Below, piece after piece: positions 53,187 to 61,837 of a stretch of 64,000 nt of DNA. Position 1 is the stretch's first letter; each line of letters opens with the position of its first letter. A model generated the notes under the pieces. That model was not told the DNA's origin. It saw only the letters and a list, made by a program, of their open reading frames with translations, and searched no databases. Source of the stretch: Actinomycetes bacterium. Its GTDB lineage: Bacteria; Actinomycetota; Actinomycetes; Actinomycetales; Demequinaceae. The stretch lies in assembly GCA_023442845.1 (NCBI GenBank), contig JAEZXC010000066.1:499-64498 (forward strand), written 5' to 3'. Both the position numbers and the translations under genes were made by a program.

Positions 53187-54989
53187 CTACTCCCGCGTAG
53201 CCTCGCGGGTCGCAGCCGAGTCGATGAGCGCGACGGCATCCGGCGGAAGTTCGGTAAGTGGGGCGGGGGAGTTGTCGGCACCAAACACGGCGATGACCCG
53301 TCCCGCGAGAGGCATTGGGTCAACGGAGAGGTTCGCATGGACCTCCACAGGGCCGGTCATGACCAGTTGGCGCGGAGCGACCTCGTGCGCTCCCACTGGA
53401 AACTGTCGCCATGCATCAGGGTCGAGCGTGGACTGCCGGGCGGACATCACCTCGGTAAACCACTGCTCAATGGCGCGCTGGCTCGCGTGAGAGGCGGCGA
53501 TACCGCTGCCAAGTTTGGACCGCATGAAGGTGTCTCGGTCCTGCGGATCCGGAACCTGGATATCCCCGCCATACAGCGCTTCCCAGCCGTGACCAGCGAA
53601 TTCGGTCATACGGCCTTGGGAAACCGCGGTTCCAAGAGGTTCTGCGTGGTCGGTGAAGAACATGAACGGCCGGGTCTCGCCGTACTCCTCACCCATGAAG
53701 AGCATGGGCGTAAATGGGCTGAGGAGCACGAGAGCAAGTGACGCTGCTTGTGCACCTGGGCTGAGGGACGATGCAGGCCTGTCTCCGAGGGCGCGGTTGC
53801 CCACCTGATCGTGGTTCGATGCGAACACGACGAAACGGCGACGGTCCATGTCGGGAGGCACCGGAGCACCCCATCGGCGGCCGCGGAAGGTTGACATCGT
53901 GCCGTTGTGAACGAAGACCTCGCGGAGTGCTTTGTCGAGGGTCTCGATCGAACCGAAGTCGACGTAGTAGCCGTGTCGCTCGCCGGTGAGATAGGCGTGG
54001 AGTGCGTGGTGGACGTCATCGGCCCACTGACCGGTCATCCCTCGCCCCGGCGTGCCATCCGAGGCAGTTTCTCCAATGGGCGTCACGGTCGCGGGGAGAT
54101 TCTCGTCCGACTCGGCGACAAGTGAGAGAGGACGACCGAGGCGCTTCGATAGTTCCGCAGTCCGTGACGACAACTCCGCGAGGATGTGGACGGGGGAGTC
54201 GTCGACAAGTGCGTGAACAGCATCAAGCCTCAACGCGTCAATGTGGAAGTCGGTGAACCAGCGCAGTGCATTGTCAACGATGAACTCGCGTGCACCCTCG
54301 GAACCGTCCTGGTCGAGGTTGACAGCCCAGCCCCACGGAGTCTCGTGGGCATCGGTGAAGTACGGGCCGTATTGCCCGAGGTAGTTCCCGTCTGGGCCGA
54401 GGTGGTTGTAGACCACGTCGAGGCACACGCCAATGCCGACGCGGTGTGCGGCATCAACGAATCGTTGCAGCGCCGCGGGGCCTCCGTACGCGTCGTGCAC
54501 GGCGTACAGTGCGACGCCGTCGTAGCCCCATCCGCGGTTGCCGGGGAAGGCGGCGAGCGGCATGAGTTCGATCATCTCGATGCCCTTGCGTGCGAGGTCC
54601 TCCAGTTGGTGCCCCACCAGCGCATCGAGGGTGCCAGCAACGGTGAACGTGCCGACATGAAGCTCATACGTCACTGCGCCCCGAGCGTCGCGTCCCTGCC
54701 ACCCCGCGTCGCCCCAACGGTGTGCGGCGGCGTCAAAGACTCGCGAAAAGCCGTGAACTCCATGTGGCTGCCACGGGCTACGGGGATCGGGAAATGGGCC
54801 AGCGTCGTCGACACTAAAGGCATAATCCGTGCCCGCAGGCAATGCGGGACCGCTCCACCAGCCCCCCGCCTCGCGTGCCATCTCATGTGTGCTGGCAACA
54901 GCGTCGGCCGGCAATCCTGGCGCCCGCACGTGAACAGCGACGTGCGATGCCCGCGGTGCCCACACCCTCACGGCCTTGTTCTCGATCAC
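53187..54989 (-). CDS. treZ: Malto-oligosyltrehalose trehalohydrolase
   Basis: RVWAP, YELHVGTF, WGYDGV, LRLDAVH, NHDQVGNR; GTGA overlap with treY stop. Confidence 0.95.
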   Translation of the reverse strand: MIENKAVRVWAPRASHVAVHVRAPGLPADAVASTHEMAREAGGWWSGPALPAGTDYAFSVDDAGPFPDPRSPWQPHGVHGFSRVFDAAAHRWGDAGWQGRDARGAVTYELHVGTFTVAGTLDALVGHQLEDLARKGIEMIELMPLAAFPGNRGWGYDGVALYAVHDAYGGPAALQRFVDAAHRVGIGVCLDVVYNHLGPDGNYLGQYGPYFTDAHETPWGWAVNLDQDGSEGAREFIVDNALRWFTDFHIDALRLDAVHALVDDSPVHILAELSSRTAELSKRLGRPLSLVAESDENLPATVTPIGETASDGTPGRGMTGQWADDVHHALHAYLTGERHGYYVDFGSIETLDKALREVFVHNGTMSTFRGRRWGAPVPPDMDRRRFVVFASNHDQVGNRALGDRPASSLSPGAQAASLALVLLSPFTPMLFMGEEYGETRPFMFFTDHAEPLGTAVSQGRMTEFAGHGWEALYGGDIQVPDPQDRDTFMRSKLGSGIAASHASQRAIEQWFTEVMSARQSTLDPDAWRQFPVGAHEVAPRQLVMTGPVEVHANLSVDPMPLAGRVIAVFGADNSPAPLTELPPDAVALIDSAATREATRE

Positions 54990-57502
54990 CGGCGCTCCAA
55001 GAGGGCCACGGGGTGGGTCTTCAGGAGCGTGGCAAGTCCAACAGTGCCGCCCTCGACTTCGGCACCCGTGAGAACGTCCTGCCACTGTCCATCAGGCAAC
55101 GTGACGGTGTGATCACTCCAACCACCAAGCCGTTCAAGCTCAATGCCGAGCCGTGTCGCGACCGTGATGACGCGCGGCTCGTCCTCTTCGGTCCGGGCGA
55201 AGACGACGGCATGGCCGCTCGAGGACGGCAGTGGCACGTATCCCGCGTTGACGCCGACGAACGCCTGTGGATGTGCTCGACGTGCGTGGAGCGCCGCTGT
55301 TGTCACGTGCATCTTCTCGTCATTGAGTGAACGGGGCTTCGCGCCTCGCGACAACTTGGCAAGGTCCGCTGCGAGACCGGCAGTGTCAATGGGGCGGCGG
55401 TTATCAGGGTCCACTAAGAGCGGCCGGACGATTTCGGTTCCCTGGAAGATGTCAGGGACGCCGGGCATCGTGAGATGAATGAGCTTCTGCGAGAGGATCG
55501 CCACGCGAGCGCCCTCATTTGTGAGCGCGGTCCATTCGGCGACTAGTTCGCGAACGGCGGGGTCGGCGTGAGTTGCTTGGGCGAACCACTGGACGGCCGT
55601 CTCGTACGGTTCGTTCACCCGGACCCAACTCGTATGAGTCTTGGCCTCGCGCATCGCCTTCGTCAGGTAGCCCTCAAGGCGGTCCCACTCCATGAGATCG
55701 CCATCGGCGGACACGGTGCCCACGAGCGTCTGCCACCACAAGTTCTCCATGCGCCCGTCAATTTCCGTCGGTCGCATCTCGGCCGTTGCGGCACGGACAC
55801 GCGCCAACCATGCATCCCACTGCTCGGGCACCTCGCTCAACACACCGAGGCGTGCGCGAATGTCCTCAGAGCGCTTCGTGTCGTGCGTGGTGAGTGTCGT
55901 CATCGCGTGGGGGTAGGTCATCTGTTGCTCAGCAACCCACGCGTGGAACGACGACGGAGCGAGAGCGAAACGGCCAGCAGGCGAGCCGACCTCACATAAC
56001 GGGAGCAAATGAGTCCATCGGTAGTACGCGGTGTCTTCCACCCCCTTCGCCATCACCGCACCACAGGCCTGCTGGAAGCGCGTAATGAGTTCGGCGCGCT
56101 GCGAATCGTGCGTGCGCCCCGCAGAGCCCACTTCGAGACCTTTGAGAAGATCGACCACCACGTCGAGCGTCTCGTGACGCTCCTCGTCGAGGAGTGCCCG
56201 GGCGCGAGTCGCTGCATGGTCAATGGCCTCGAGTGACGCCGGTTTTGCGGGCGTGCCGGGAACAACGTATGCGCGGTAACGCCCAAAAGTGACGAGCATC
56301 GTGCGCAGGCAGTCATAGAGAGCGGCCCAGGTGTGGTCACGCAGGCGCACGTCCGTGCGGCACACGTCGTGGGCGAGAGTCGCGAGGCGACGAGCCTCGG
56401 ACGTGAGTGAGTCCGCCACAATCTCGCGCTTCGCTTCATCAATCAGTCGAGGAAGAGCGCCCATCGCGTCGCCCGTAAGTTGATACAGAGTGCCTGCGAG
56501 AGGCGCCGAGCCGGCGGCGTCTCGCAAGAGCGCTCCGATACGCCAGGAGGCGTCATAGCCTGTCGTGCCTGCTGTCTTCCACGATGAGGGCAGTCGTTCC
56601 TCGTCTTCGAGAATCTTCTCGACGACGATCCATGCACCGTGAGTTGCTTCCGCCAGTTGGGCAATGTAACCAGCGGGGTCGGCAAGTCCGTCTGGATGGT
56701 CGATCCGAAGTCCGTCGAGAGTGCCGTCGGCGACGAGGTCGATGATTGTCCGGTGGGTCGCCTCAAAGACGTCAGGGTCCTCCACGCGCACTGCGACCAA
56801 GGAGCCGACGTCAAAGAAGCGGCGGTAGTTCAGCTCCTCGTTTGCGACACGCCAGTAGGCGAGGCGGTAATGCTGCTCGGTGACGAGCGCATCGAGAGGC
56901 AGATTCTCCGTGCCCTCGCGAACGGGCAGCACATGGTCGAAGTAGCGCAACACCGGCACCTCGCCGGCGTCGCTGAATCCAGGCACGACCATCGCATCAA
57001 GGGTGAGCTCGCCTCGCGCGAGGATCGTGCCGATGCGGTCTCCGAGCACGGGCATGAGGACGCCGTCGTGGCTTGACCAGTCAACGTCGAACCAATGGGC
57101 GTACGGTGAGTTCTCGCCCTCAGCAAGCACTGACCACAACGCGCGGTTGTGATATACGGGCGTCGGGACGGCCATGTGATTGGGCACCACATCCGCGATG
57201 AGTCCAAGCCCCTTGCTGTGCGCGGCATGTGCCAACGACCGCAACGCCTCCACCCCGCCGAGCGAGGCGGCAATCTGAGAGTGATCGACCACATCGTAGA
57301 AGTGCGTCGATCCGGGAGCGGCCGTGAGGATGGGGGAGAGGTAGAGGTGACTGACGCCAAGCGACGCGTAGTACGACAGGTGAGCCTCAGCGTCGGCAAA
57401 GGTGAAGTCTGGGGTTAACTGAAGTCGATATGTCGACAACGGCACCACAGCGTCTCCACGATGCCCAAGGCGCTTCGTGCGTTCGTGAACAATGTCGGCC
57501 AT
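54986..57502 (-). CDS. treY: Malto-oligosyltrehalose synthase
   Basis: STYRLQL, DVVPNHM, NYRRFFDV, LRIDHPDGL, AKGVEDT, THDTKR, LVDPDNRRP. Confidence 0.95.
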   Translation of the reverse strand: MADIVHERTKRLGHRGDAVVPLSTYRLQLTPDFTFADAEAHLSYYASLGVSHLYLSPILTAAPGSTHFYDVVDHSQIAASLGGVEALRSLAHAAHSKGLGLIADVVPNHMAVPTPVYHNRALWSVLAEGENSPYAHWFDVDWSSHDGVLMPVLGDRIGTILARGELTLDAMVVPGFSDAGEVPVLRYFDHVLPVREGTENLPLDALVTEQHYRLAYWRVANEELNYRRFFDVGSLVAVRVEDPDVFEATHRTIIDLVADGTLDGLRIDHPDGLADPAGYIAQLAEATHGAWIVVEKILEDEERLPSSWKTAGTTGYDASWRIGALLRDAAGSAPLAGTLYQLTGDAMGALPRLIDEAKREIVADSLTSEARRLATLAHDVCRTDVRLRDHTWAALYDCLRTMLVTFGRYRAYVVPGTPAKPASLEAIDHAATRARALLDEERHETLDVVVDLLKGLEVGSAGRTHDSQRAELITRFQQACGAVMAKGVEDTAYYRWTHLLPLCEVGSPAGRFALAPSSFHAWVAEQQMTYPHAMTTLTTHDTKRSEDIRARLGVLSEVPEQWDAWLARVRAATAEMRPTEIDGRMENLWWQTLVGTVSADGDLMEWDRLEGYLTKAMREAKTHTSWVRVNEPYETAVQWFAQATHADPAVRELVAEWTALTNEGARVAILSQKLIHLTMPGVPDIFQGTEIVRPLLVDPDNRRPIDTAGLAADLAKLSRGAKPRSLNDEKMHVTTAALHARRAHPQAFVGVNAGYVPLPSSSGHAVVFARTEEDEPRVITVATRLGIELERLGGWSDHTVTLPDGQWQDVLTGAEVEGGTVGLATLLKTHPVALLERR

Positions 57503-57619
57503 GCCACCCTCTCGTCGCGAACATTCATCATGTCAGAACGGCACAAGTGGTGGCTTTGATTCCGCGTGCTGACGCGTATCGGCGAGGGTGGAGATGGCAC
57601 GAGACGTGCCGGTCACTAC

Positions 57620-57694
57620 TGGTGGGCGATACTGGGTTCGAACCAGTGACCTCTTCCGTGTCAGGGAAGCGCGCTACCGCTGCGCCAATCGCCC
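57620..57694 (-). tRNA. tRNA-Val(GAC), CCA encoded
   Basis: Cloverleaf GGGCGAT...ATCGCCCACCA, anticodon loop CTGACAC. Confidence 0.95.
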
Positions 57695-57699
57695 GTGCG

Positions 57700-57770
57700 A
57701 GGTGGGTACGGGATTCGAACCCGTGTATACGGCTTTGCAGGCCGCTGCCTCGCCTCTCGGCCAACCCACC
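57700..57770 (-). tRNA. tRNA-Cys(GCA)
   Basis: GGTGGGT...ACCCACCT, anticodon loop CTGCAAA. Confidence 0.95.
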
Positions 57771-57805
57771 GCAGATCCAATACCCGGTTAGGCATCGGCC
57801 CTTCG

Positions 57806-57878
57806 AGCGGACGACGGGATTCGAACCCGCGACCCTCACCTTGGCAAGGTGATGCTCTACCAACTGAGCCACGTCCGC
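57806..57878 (-). tRNA. tRNA-Gly(GCC)
   Basis: GCGGACG...CGTCCGCT, anticodon loop TTGCCAA. Confidence 0.95.
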
Positions 57879-58004
57879 ACGCCGGAAACGTTGTTCCCGA
57901 GCGAGTAGAGACTCTAGCCCATGGCGAGGCTCGCGTCCAAATCAGGCACCGAGGTATTTCGACCGAGACGGGCCTCGACTGGGTGAGGCGTTAAGTTGGG
58001 CGCC

Positions 58005-59105
58005 ATGACGCGCGATCGGTTGCATTTGAGCGACGGTGACGCCGCTTTCCGCGGGGTGCGCGCGCGTGGCGTCATCGACTATATCGATGCACGGCAAGAC
58101 GGTGACCGACTTGCCGACGGTGGGTTCTGGGTGGTCGTCGCTCAGTTTGACGGCACGATCGATGCGTGGCGCTTTGCCGAGGTCGACTACTGCGAGGTGC
58201 AACCCGAAAGTCGCGGTAGCGCTCAACAGTGGAAGGGTCCGGCGAGGTCGGCATGGCGCAGTTCGCTCGACCATGACGCCTACGTCGCAGGTGTTGAGGC
58301 CATCAGGCGGGAAATCCGTGACGGCGAGGTCTATCAAGTGAACCTGTGCCGGGTTCTCGAGGCGCCGCTGCCGGCCGCAGCGGCTGGGCCAGACGCGACC
58401 GCGCTATCTCATCTGCTCGCTCGCGGCAATCCCGCCCGGTTCGCGTCCCGCATCGCGATCCCCAGCACGCCGCATCGGCCAGGTGCCTGGGTCGTCTCAG
58501 CTTCTCCCGAACTTTATCTTCGCGTTGAAGGTGACCACGTGCTGTCGTCTCCGATCAAAGGCACAGCGGCGCCAGGCGTCGGGATGCTCCCCAAGGACGA
58601 AGCCGAGAACGTCATGATCACCGATCTCATTCGCAACGATCTGTCACACGTTGCTCAACCGGGAACGGTCGAGGTGCCTGAGTTGCTGGGGCTTCACGAG
58701 CATCCCGGTTTGGTGCACTTGCAATCCACAGTTTCGGCAAAGCTCTCCGCCGAGTATGTGTGGACGGCCCAGATGTGGCCTGCTCTGTTGCGCGGGACGT
58801 TCCCGCCCGGTTCAGTCAGCGGCGCCCCAAAAGAGGCTGCGCTGCGCATCATTGCACGCGAGGAGACGGCGCCGCGGGGACCGTATTGCGGCGCGATCGG
58901 TTGGATTGACGCCGATCGCAAGGAAGCGGAACTGGCCGTCGCAATTCGGACATTTTGGTGGGACGACGCCGAGGGTGGCACTTTGCGATTTGGCACTGGA
59001 GCAGGCATTACGTGGGGATCCGAGCCGCAAGCCGAATGGGACGAGACCGAGCTCAAGGCGTCCAGGTTGATCGCTCTTGCCTCGATGGACACAATGAGTC
59101 CATGA
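58005..59105 (+). CDS. pabB: Chorismate-binding enzyme (ADC synthase component I / TrpE-like)
   Basis: GEVYQVNL, ASPELYL, SPIKGT, AENVMITDL, FPPGSVSGAPK, YCGAIG; coupled to class IV aminotransferase. Confidence 0.8.
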   Translation: MTRDRLHLSDGDAAFRGVRARGVIDYIDARQDGDRLADGGFWVVVAQFDGTIDAWRFAEVDYCEVQPESRGSAQQWKGPARSAWRSSLDHDAYVAGVEAIRREIRDGEVYQVNLCRVLEAPLPAAAAGPDATALSHLLARGNPARFASRIAIPSTPHRPGAWVVSASPELYLRVEGDHVLSSPIKGTAAPGVGMLPKDEAENVMITDLIRNDLSHVAQPGTVEVPELLGLHEHPGLVHLQSTVSAKLSAEYVWTAQMWPALLRGTFPPGSVSGAPKEAALRIIAREETAPRGPYCGAIGWIDADRKEAELAVAIRTFWWDDAEGGTLRFGTGAGITWGSEPQAEWDETELKASRLIALASMDTMSP

Positions 59106-59983
59106 ACGCTGTCGTGTGGTTCGATGGAGACCTCAAGGAAGCAGACGAGCCGATCGTCTCGGCCCACAACCATGGCCTGACCGTTGGCGACGGCGTCTTC
59201 GAGACTCTTGCAGTGCGCCGCGGTGAACCGTTCGCGCTCACCCGTCACCTCGTCCGCCTGCAGTACTCGATGGACCGCATGGGAATGGCGGGCATTGACA
59301 TGGCGACCGTGCGCGACGGCGTGGCGGCGGTGATGGACGCTCGCGCAGGTGACGTTCAACGAATTCGCATCACCGTGATCTCCGGGCCTGGGCCGATGAG
59401 TTCGGTACGGGGACAGTCGCCTCCGAACATTGTCATTTGGGGCGGCCCATCCACCATCCCGCTGGAATGCCGTGCGGTACGGGCACCGTGGAAGCGGAAC
59501 GAGCGCTCCGCGATTGCTGGGGTGAAGTCCACGTCCTACGCCGAGAACGTCGTGATGGCCAATTACGCCGCGGCTCGGGATGCGGACGAGGCGCTGATGT
59601 CGAACACCTTTGGTTTTCTGTGCGAGGGGACGGGCACAAACGTCCTCATCGAAACGGGTGGGGAGATCCTTACTCCGCCACTATCGTCCGGATGCCTTGC
59701 AGGAATCACACGCGGACTCGCTCTCGAGTGGGGCGCCCGAGCAGGAATCCGCATCCGGGTGGCTGCTCCAACCGAACTACCGATGTCGGTACTTGATGAC
59801 GTTATTGCGGGCCATGCCTTTGCTGCCGTCACTTCGTCAACCCGTAACGTCCAGCACGTCGTTTCACTCGACGGACTTGACGTGGGGCGTGGCCCTCTCC
59901 TCACCCAACTTGCCTCAGTTTTCGAGGAGCAGGCCGACGCTCACCTCGATCCGGCGCCACCGCGCCAGCGTCACCTCGTGTGA
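59102..59983 (+). CDS. pabC: Class IV aminotransferase / aminodeoxychorismate lyase
   Basis: GDGVFET, KSTSYAENV, EGTGTN, LAGITR; start ATG 59102. Confidence 0.8.
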   Translation: MNAVVWFDGDLKEADEPIVSAHNHGLTVGDGVFETLAVRRGEPFALTRHLVRLQYSMDRMGMAGIDMATVRDGVAAVMDARAGDVQRIRITVISGPGPMSSVRGQSPPNIVIWGGPSTIPLECRAVRAPWKRNERSAIAGVKSTSYAENVVMANYAAARDADEALMSNTFGFLCEGTGTNVLIETGGEILTPPLSSGCLAGITRGLALEWGARAGIRIRVAAPTELPMSVLDDVIAGHAFAAVTSSTRNVQHVVSLDGLDVGRGPLLTQLASVFEEQADAHLDPAPPRQRHLV

Positions 59984-60023
59984 CGAAGAGCGTCCGGCAC
60001 CCGCTAGGATGGTGGACGCTTCA

Positions 60024-60095
60024 GGGCGATTGGCGCAGGGGTAGCGCGCTTCCTTCACACGGAAGAGGTCACTGGTTCGATCCCAGTATCGCCCA
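60024..60095 (+). tRNA. tRNA-Val(CAC)
   Basis: GGGCGAT...ATCGCCCA, anticodon loop TTCACAC. Confidence 0.95.
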
Positions 60096-60182
60096 CACTT
60101 TTGGCGGTAACCCGCGCCGGTCACGGCAGTCCTCTCATTTCGGCGGTTCCGGTGACGATAGTCATGTCGGAAGGGTTCAAAT

Positions 60183-61649
60183 GTGACGCCCAACATGAAG
60201 CGGGTTGCCCAAGTCGCCATTGTTGCCGCCGTGGCACTGTTAGCCCTCGCCGTCATTCGCCTCCAGGTACCGCAGACCGTCGGCTTTGTCCTCGACGGAG
60301 CGGCCGCGTTTGGTACGGCGGTTGCGTTTCATTTCGCCAGCCGACGCGCGACGCGGGTTCGGAGTCTGCGTTCATGGCGCCTGCAACGGGCCGCTGCGAG
60401 CGTCTGGGTCGTCGCCGCACTATTGCTCGCCGCGGACGTGCCGCCGGTATACGCCGCCATTGTTCGCTTCATTGCCGTCGGCTGCACCGCGACTGCCTGG
60501 TGGTTGGCGTCGTACTCAGGAGACGTATGGTCTCGTGTACGTATGGCCGTCGATGGCGGCATCGCGGTGAGTTCGCTTTTCGTCGCGACGTGGTCTGTTC
60601 TCTTAATCCACGTGTGGCACGACGCCGGCGGCGGGTTTGCCGGTGTACTTGGCCTTGTCATTGGCTTCCTCACCGTATGCGTCGCGTTGTTCGCCGCAGC
60701 GGTGGCCGTCACCGAGTTTCGTAGCCGACATCGCGCCATGCCCCTGCTTTCCGCTACGGCGCTGATGGTCCTCGCGGCGTCAGATCTCTTGTATGCGGGC
60801 GGCGAGACACCACTGTGGGCCGTCGGCTGGTTGCTGTGGAGCTTCGCCACATTGACGTATCAGGGGACAGCGGCCCGTAACGAAGTGGTGAGTACCCGCC
60901 AGCGTTTCATTTACGCCCCGTACATCTTTGTTGCGCCGGCCGCCGTGGCGATGGCCTTTGAACGGGACAACGGCGTCGCCTTGCCCGTCGCGATCGCGGC
61001 AGGCGGAATGGTAGTGCTCCTGTTGGTGCGCCAACACGTCACCTTGCTTGAGAATGCCGTGCTCGTTGACAAGCTCGCCGAGACGCAACGGATGCTTCGC
61101 CACCAGGCCACTCACGATCACCTCACGGGTCTCGCTGGACGCGTAGTCCTGTGGGAACGACTTGCTCAACTCCGTGAGGGCGAAGAGGACGTGCCCGTGA
61201 GCGTTGCGCTACTTTTCGTTGACCTGGACGACTTCAAGTCGGTTAACGACCGTCATGGGCACGCTACGGGCGACCACGTCCTCGTTGAGACTGCGCAGCG
61301 CATCACGCACGCACTGCATGATTACGGTGACAACGCACTTGGTGTGCGGATGAGCGGGGACGAGTTCGCCGTACTCCTCGTCGGGGAGCCCGCGCTTGAC
61401 GCACCCGGGGTGGCGCGCGCCATCCTCGGACACGTACAGCGCCCAATCAGCGTTAATGACTTCGAGGTGACGGTGGGCGCAAGCGTCGGTGTCTCGGCGG
61501 CGTCGAGCCGTGCCCTCGATCCGTCAGAACTCCTCCGATCCGCCGATGAGGCGATGTATGCGATCAAGCATCGCGGAAAGAACGGCGTGGCGATCTCACG
61601 CCCGATCAACGCCGCAAGCGGCGGCGTCGATCCCGTTATCGATGAGTAA
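60183..61649 (+). CDS. Membrane-bound GGDEF diguanylate cyclase
   Basis: Multi-TM N-terminus, HDHLTGL, DLDDFKSVNDRHGHATGD, RMSGDEF, ADEAMYAIK. Confidence 0.9.
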   Translation: MTPNMKRVAQVAIVAAVALLALAVIRLQVPQTVGFVLDGAAAFGTAVAFHFASRRATRVRSLRSWRLQRAAASVWVVAALLLAADVPPVYAAIVRFIAVGCTATAWWLASYSGDVWSRVRMAVDGGIAVSSLFVATWSVLLIHVWHDAGGGFAGVLGLVIGFLTVCVALFAAAVAVTEFRSRHRAMPLLSATALMVLAASDLLYAGGETPLWAVGWLLWSFATLTYQGTAARNEVVSTRQRFIYAPYIFVAPAAVAMAFERDNGVALPVAIAAGGMVVLLLVRQHVTLLENAVLVDKLAETQRMLRHQATHDHLTGLAGRVVLWERLAQLREGEEDVPVSVALLFVDLDDFKSVNDRHGHATGDHVLVETAQRITHALHDYGDNALGVRMSGDEFAVLLVGEPALDAPGVARAILGHVQRPISVNDFEVTVGASVGVSAASSRALDPSELLRSADEAMYAIKHRGKNGVAISRPINAASGGVDPVIDE

Positions 61650-61752
61650 CCACTGGGTACTTGAGCCCCGATCTATCGGCGTTTCGGCCTCAACACGCCG
61701 GTTTTCCAGCGAAAAGCGTGTCAAGGCACTGATCAGCACCCGATAAACTCAC

Positions 61753-61768
61753 TGTGAGGAAGATCACA
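61753..61768. promoter_or_regulatory. CRP/GlxR-family binding site
   Basis: Exact TGTGA-GGAAGA-TCACA (TGTGA-N6-TCACA), ending 69 nt upstream of the GT2 start. Confidence 0.75.
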
Positions 61769-61837
61769 TATCAAGTGATGCGTCTCAGCTGAGGGGACTT
61801 CGGTCCCGCCATACGGGTAACCGACAGGAGTGCAGGG

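Noticed and set aside
57620..60095. Invertible segment flanked by about 70-bp inverted repeats
   Set aside because: The repeats are two tRNA-Val isoacceptor genes (GAC and CAC); no recombinase nearby
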